Origin: the human T2T-CHM13v2.0 reference genome, Homo sapiens
Assembly (NCBI RefSeq): GCF_009914755.1
Contig: NC_060931.1
DNA: 64,000 nucleotides
Reading direction: 5' to 3' (one strand)
Shown here: positions 58,825 through 64,000 of the stretch, piece by piece
How the letters are laid out: each line of letters starts with the position of its first letter
Position numbering within the stretch: position 1 is the first letter of the stretch
Notes under the pieces: generated by a model
What the model was told of the DNA's origin: nothing
Seen by the model: only the letters and a program-made list of their open reading frames with translations
Database searches by the model: none
Translations under genes and position numbers: made by a program

Positions 58825-59509
58825 ATCCTTTTGCTACTATTAAATAAGTATTTGACTTCTCATGTGAGAAAGTGGAAGACATACAAATTGTAGAAAAGTA
58901 AAGTAATAATACAAAAGATTTTCAAAATAGTTGAATCTAGCTTTTTGTGCTAATATTAAGGTTACCTCATAATAATTCAGGATGGAAGATTCATTTTGAA
59001 GTGATAAAATTATATCATTTTACTTAATTATCAATCTAGTTTTTTGAATTTAAGAACTGGTTTAGGGGAACACAGGGCTGTTAATTTTGGTTAAAGTCAT
59101 CCCATTTTCATTTTTCAGAGCACCACTTGGATAGAGCACCAAAAGTTAATAAATGCTGATTTTAAGAAAGAAACAGATAAGAAGTATTGACAAGGTTTCT
59201 CAACATAAAGAAAGAGGCAGCTAGTTTATAATTTTTGTTATCACACATAAAAAACATAATCCTTAGCAGTTTGATGTACAAATCCTCACTAATTGAATTT
59301 TATTTTACTTAGAGAAATATAGAGTTCAATGATAAAGAAATATAATATTTCACACTAATTGAAAAAAAGTTAAAACATTTATTAGATTAGCCTTAATATT
59401 GCAGAACACCAGAGGCTAAAAATATGATTGTGAACAGATAAGACTGTCAAGTCCCAGAAAATAATTTATTGCACAAATATAAATTAATCTCAATTTATAG
59501 TAAGGCCCC

Positions 59510-59700
59510 ACATCTCATTTCCCTGCAGATATCTATACACCCTTTTATTATAGTATTTATTTTATTGTAATTGTTTATGTGTCTGAAAGTTCTAGCAGAG
59601 CAGAAACCATGTTTTTTCCATTTTTGTAATACAATAATCTAGCAAAGTGATTAACATGAAGTTGATTTTCAATATGTATTTTATGAATAAGTGAATAAAG
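59510..59700 (+). mobile_element. L2 3' end
   Basis: tattgtaattgtttatgtgtctg...gcagaaaccatgt...tcaatatgtattttatgaataagtgaataaa. Confidence 0.65.
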
Positions 59701-60684
59701 TGTTCACCTCTGTTGAAGAGGAAGTAACTTTTCCAAACTCACATACCTAACATGTGATGAAGCTGAGGTTTACAGCCTCTGAAACAGAAACTTTTGCTGT
59801 TTCATCTCTATCATACTCTTATTAATAGCCAGATATTTTTCCATGGGGAGTCAGCCTCTCTTTTTGAGCTACTTATTTTAATATATAAAACTAAGTGGTA
59901 AACCACCTGGTTTCTAAGTTCACTTCTACCTCTGATATTTGGAATTCCATATTTATTCTGTTCCCAATTCAATGCACAGTAATGTATGTGTTACAGTAGG
60001 GCAGGAAAAGCTGCACCTTTGTCCTTGCGGGTTTTCCTCAAATTAATAATATATACCGTTAAGTAAAGAAAAAATACTAAATAAATCTTCCTACAAATGA
60101 GCAATTATTTAATAGATAATTAAGATCACAGTTTCCCCTTTTCTTCAATGGCTTCATGACTATCACTTGCTGGTCATTACCTTTCAGATAATATAAAAAC
60201 TAAAATCCTTACAATTTCAGATTAACCAACAATGTCATTTAGTGACATTATTTATATCCCTTCCTGTCACAGGCTGCTTTGGGTTGCACTCTATATACCT
60301 TAAAGCTATTTACCAAGACAATGACCTTCTCTAAACATTTCTTCTGCATCTAAAGCACTGAAATAATTCCACAGTTTCAAAAAATCAATTCAATAAGTAT
60401 TTTATAATAGGACTCCTCACTATTTAAAATGTGCACTATTCAGTACAGAAAAGGATAGGTATTCATAAAATAAAGTGGCAAAATAGCTTATAACAAAGGT
60501 AGTCATGCAGCCTGGCATTCATTCCTTTTGAAAGCACTGCTTTGAGTTTTTTATAAAAGAAAGAGATCAGTCATGCTTGGACAAAACGCATGAAATTTCA
60601 AAACACAAGAAATTTCTTTTACTTCAGATACCTTTTCTTAGGATTCTTTAATTGATTTATTTCAGAAAAGAAGCTTTAAAAAGA

Positions 60685-60915
60685 AGCATAGAACAGCAGT
60701 TAAGAACTTGGTCTCTGGAGCCAGACAGACTAGATTCAAATTTCAGATCTGCCATTACTAGCCTGGCTTCGGCCTAGTTACTTAATTTATCCTGACATTA
60801 GTTTCTTGGTGTTTAAAACGTGGTTCACAAGGGTACGTACCTCAAAGTCCTGTTGTAAGACATTAATGTTAATAATCCTAAATGATTTATGAGCTCTAGG
60901 AATATAGCTAGCACA
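60685..60915 (+). mobile_element. MIR
   Basis: gcagttaagaacttggtctctggagccagacagactagattcaaat...ctgccattactagc. Confidence 0.8.
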
Positions 60916-61380
60916 TTTCACTCCTTCATAAAGAAACTAATCTGATGATAATGATTTTCAGTACCTGAGTATAAAACAAAAAGTTTCAAATCCATAACAG
61001 CGACTAAAGAGATTTCAGTGTAACTAGAGCATGTGATGAGCAAGTGGCTAAACCAATGGGGGATGAAAGCTACACAGACAAAGCAGTGAGGCAAAAGAAG
61101 GAAGATAGAGACTAAAAACCCATTTCTACATCCCACATGTAGTTAATGTCCAAAATGTGTGAGCAAAATTATCTAACTTTCTATACTATGCATGAGCAGC
61201 AATAGATGTTTGGAATTTGTATTAAAGCATAACCTTTACCACTGCTCTAAGAAGATCTATAGGATTCTTTTTAAAAAGGAAAATACATAAGCTACAATGT
61301 GTTCCAAATGAAATATCAAATAAAACGTTGAAAAGACTTTCTATCAAAGAAATGCTTTGTGTTGCATTTTATACCTAGGC

Positions 61381-61401
61381 AAAAAAAAAAAAAAAAAAAA
61401 A
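61381..61401 (+). repeat. Orphan A21 tract
   Basis: Pure A run not attached to a recognisable element. Confidence 0.9.
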
Positions 61402-61969
61402 GAAAGAAACAACTTAGTGTTTGGAGCACTAAGAAATTTAGGTTTGCATTGAGGAAGGGTAATTTTACAACAGTACAAAATGTCAAGCTTGGACAGTCTG
61501 TTGCCTACTAAAATTACTTATAAAGGAACACACTAAAAGAACATTTTGATAAATACAATTTCATATAAAAGATCATAAACAGACAAAGTTTTTAAGAAGA
61601 AAATAAATGGGAGAAATGATACATAACAGAAGCATATCATGGGTTCTACAAGCAAGTTTGGTAGAAAATAGATTAAGGAGGAATTTGAAGATAAGTATTG
61701 GGAAGCCTTAAGGAAAGGGAAGGTTCAGATTCTGGAAAGAAAGTGGAAGGATTATAAAAACATTTAGATACCAAAGTTTTACCATGTACAGTGGCAAGAT
61801 ACTGGGAGAAGGGATGTACGTATGTAATGTATATATCACAGAGATGAGATATGTAGGGTAATGAGAAAGGCATAATTAATAAATGGCAAGATATGCCCAG
61901 GACATATATTCTCAGTAATTTTTAGATACGGGTTTAATCATTTCTTAAAGATAAGGATGCAAGGAAGAT

Positions 61970-62155
61970 TAAACACAGGATCTTAAAGCTGGATGAAGTT
62001 AAGTATTGTCTAATTCAATTTTATCATTTTTGAGATTAGGGAAATGAGGCTCAGAAAAACGTGATGACTTGCTTCAAGTCACAGAACTGGTTAGTAGCAG
62101 AGTTAGAGCTTGGAATCAATTGACTCACTGGGCCAGTGCTCTTTATGATATACCC
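61970..62155 (-). mobile_element. MIR
   Basis: gggaaatgaggctcagaaa...tgacttgcttcaagtcacagaactggttagtagcagag. Confidence 0.8.
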
Positions 62156-62487
62156 AACTGAACTCTCCAGAAAAAATCAGAGGGCTGATGTTTTTCCTCA
62201 CCCAATTACCCTAAACAATGTTAATCTCAGTAATCCAATGTAATTAATAAGCTCAAAACTACTTTATACGTGTATCAAAATGCAAAAAAAATTCCCATAG
62301 AACATAGTATTAAAAATATTTATTTAAAGTAAGGAAATGTTTAAAAGTATAAATACTGTATTGTTTTCCTACCTGTTGGTTGCTAATCAAAAATTCAATC
62401 ATTGAACTTTTTAAATGAGAAAGGTCCTATAACCTAAGAAAAATATATCTGTTGCAGTTGAAAATAATTTTAACCCCTCAACTTATT

Positions 62488-63080
62488 GTGCATTCTTTCA
62501 ACATATATTTGTTAAGCATCACTACATGCCAGCCACTGTGCTGGGAACCAAGAATACCATTTTTCTTACCAGTGCTGTGCTGGTAAATGATTAACAATCA
62601 ACTCTCTAAGAAAAAGGAAGTCCAGCTTTATAGCATTTAACAAATGTCCATAGTATGAATACTCCACCATGGCTGATTTCAAACTACCAGTGTGACATCA
62701 CAGAAGGTGAAATCAGAAAAACATGCACGGTAACACACCATCACACCATAGGATAACTATCAGCCTTTAAAGGCCAGAACGAGCTGGATTCACCATACCA
62801 CTGGACTTTCATGGAGCATCTTCTGTTGGGAAAGGCAGATTTAATAATTTTAGAATTCTTAAGAGAATGCTACAAATTGCACAAGATATTACATATTGTG
62901 GTATAAGTGCTATAAAGGAAAGGTAACAGGTGATGGTTCACTGGAAAAGGATTACTTAAAGTGGAGCAGGCATGGCTTTCCGTGATGACATAGGCACTAA
63001 GGGATAAAAATTAGCTGGAGGAAGAGCATCCCAGACAGAGAAAAAACAGCATGGGGAAGGCAGTCAGGAAAAGTACATTC
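62488..63080 (-). mobile_element. L2 fragment interrupted by MER63
   Basis: cattctttcaacatatatttgttaagcatcactacatgccagccactgtgctggg ... gaagagcatcccagacagag. Confidence 0.7.
62570..62803 (-). mobile_element. MER63 (hAT-Blackjack)
   Basis: TIR-like ends cagtgctgtgctgg ... caccataccactg. Internal aatactccaccatggctgatttcaaactacc. Confidence 0.8.
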
Positions 63081-64000
63081 TGGGAAGCCGCCCAACTTCT
63101 TGCTAATCACCAATACATGCAGAGTGTAGGTGATGCAAAATATTTATTTACTTTTCTTGTTTATTCACCTTTCATTCAAAGTTTGCTGAGGCTGGAACTC
63201 AGGGATTCTCTCCTCCTGCCATTTTCCCCAGAAATCATTGGTGTTTTTCTACTTTTCTGTCCTTCTTCTAGGGTTCTGAAGAAGTGGCACAATCCTTAAC
63301 ATTCCAAATGCCTGCCAGACTCCCTCCAGTGAGGCACAGCCCAACAATGTGTTGTAGGAGAAGGCTTTAAGTCTTTCAGATGGATATATACATTTCACAC
63401 CACCCTCTCTAACACTGATCGTTTCTTAGCACAATAATCATAGATTAATCACATCTACAACTGTATTTTACTTCTTACCAAAGACCTTTTTCCTGTAGGT
63501 AATTAGTGGATAAGAAAGGAAAGGGAGAGGAGTAAGTAATAAAATACCTTCCTGCCACACAGATTTTTTAAATTATTTAAAATTATATGATTATTCTTAA
63601 ATTCTTTTTATCACATAGAAATGAAGAGCAACTTTATATTCTGTAGGCTTTTACATTCATGTCCACAGTTTAATGTCAGGAGAAATTGAGGACATACTAG
63701 AAAAAAGCAATAGATGTTTATAGTACTAAATGTTTCAACGTTCTTTAAAGATGCCTTGTTTAATATTTTAATTAGAAATGTCCACATTGGTCATGTTACC
63801 TCATGTTCTCATTCTCCTAGACATCTCATCTGCACTCAAAGCTTTGAATTTAGCAAATATCTTGCAAGTTCTAATTGGCTGAGATACCAGACTCAGTAGA
63901 GATTCTTTCACTGCTAACAAAAATAATATTAATAGTAGTATTGATTTGATTGCTATGTCTGTAATAATTTCTACAATAAATAGAGCTAAGATAGTAGTGA

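Overview
AT-rich primate (human/ape-like) nuclear DNA, intergenic or deep-intronic, dominated by transposable elements. I recognise no host protein-coding gene, tRNA, rRNA, CRISPR array or prokaryotic system. Almost every ORF in the supplied track is a LINE-1 fragment, its antisense shadow, or a chance ORF. The main components are: two full-length but mutated primate L1s on + (L1PA10/11-like at 23816-30305 and L1PA4/early-L1PA3-like at 46509-52664); 5'-truncated L1PA copies on -; two long ancient L1M remnants (about 2.6-13.5 kb); several Alus; MaLR/ERVL solo LTRs (THE1, MST, MLT1, LTR33); DNA-transposon relics (MER1B, MER119, MER63, MER5, Tigger1, MADE1); L2/MIR fragments; and microsatellites. 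Subfamily names come from remembered consensus sequences and need Dfam/RepeatMasker confirmation. I found no evidence of a novel biological system. The most noteworthy signals are: (i) two short dispersed direct repeats 1.6-1.7 kb apart, one flanked by its own 18-bp duplication (templated-insertion scars); (ii) a Tigger1 fragment with a 5' micro-inversion, A-tail and candidate TSD, as if retroposed; (iii) an L1PA4 with no TSD that retains an intact endonuclease ORF and the ZNF93-bound 5'UTR segment; (iv) a CpG-enriched 78-nt exon-like element; (v) a THE1 LTR with an intact DUX4 motif.
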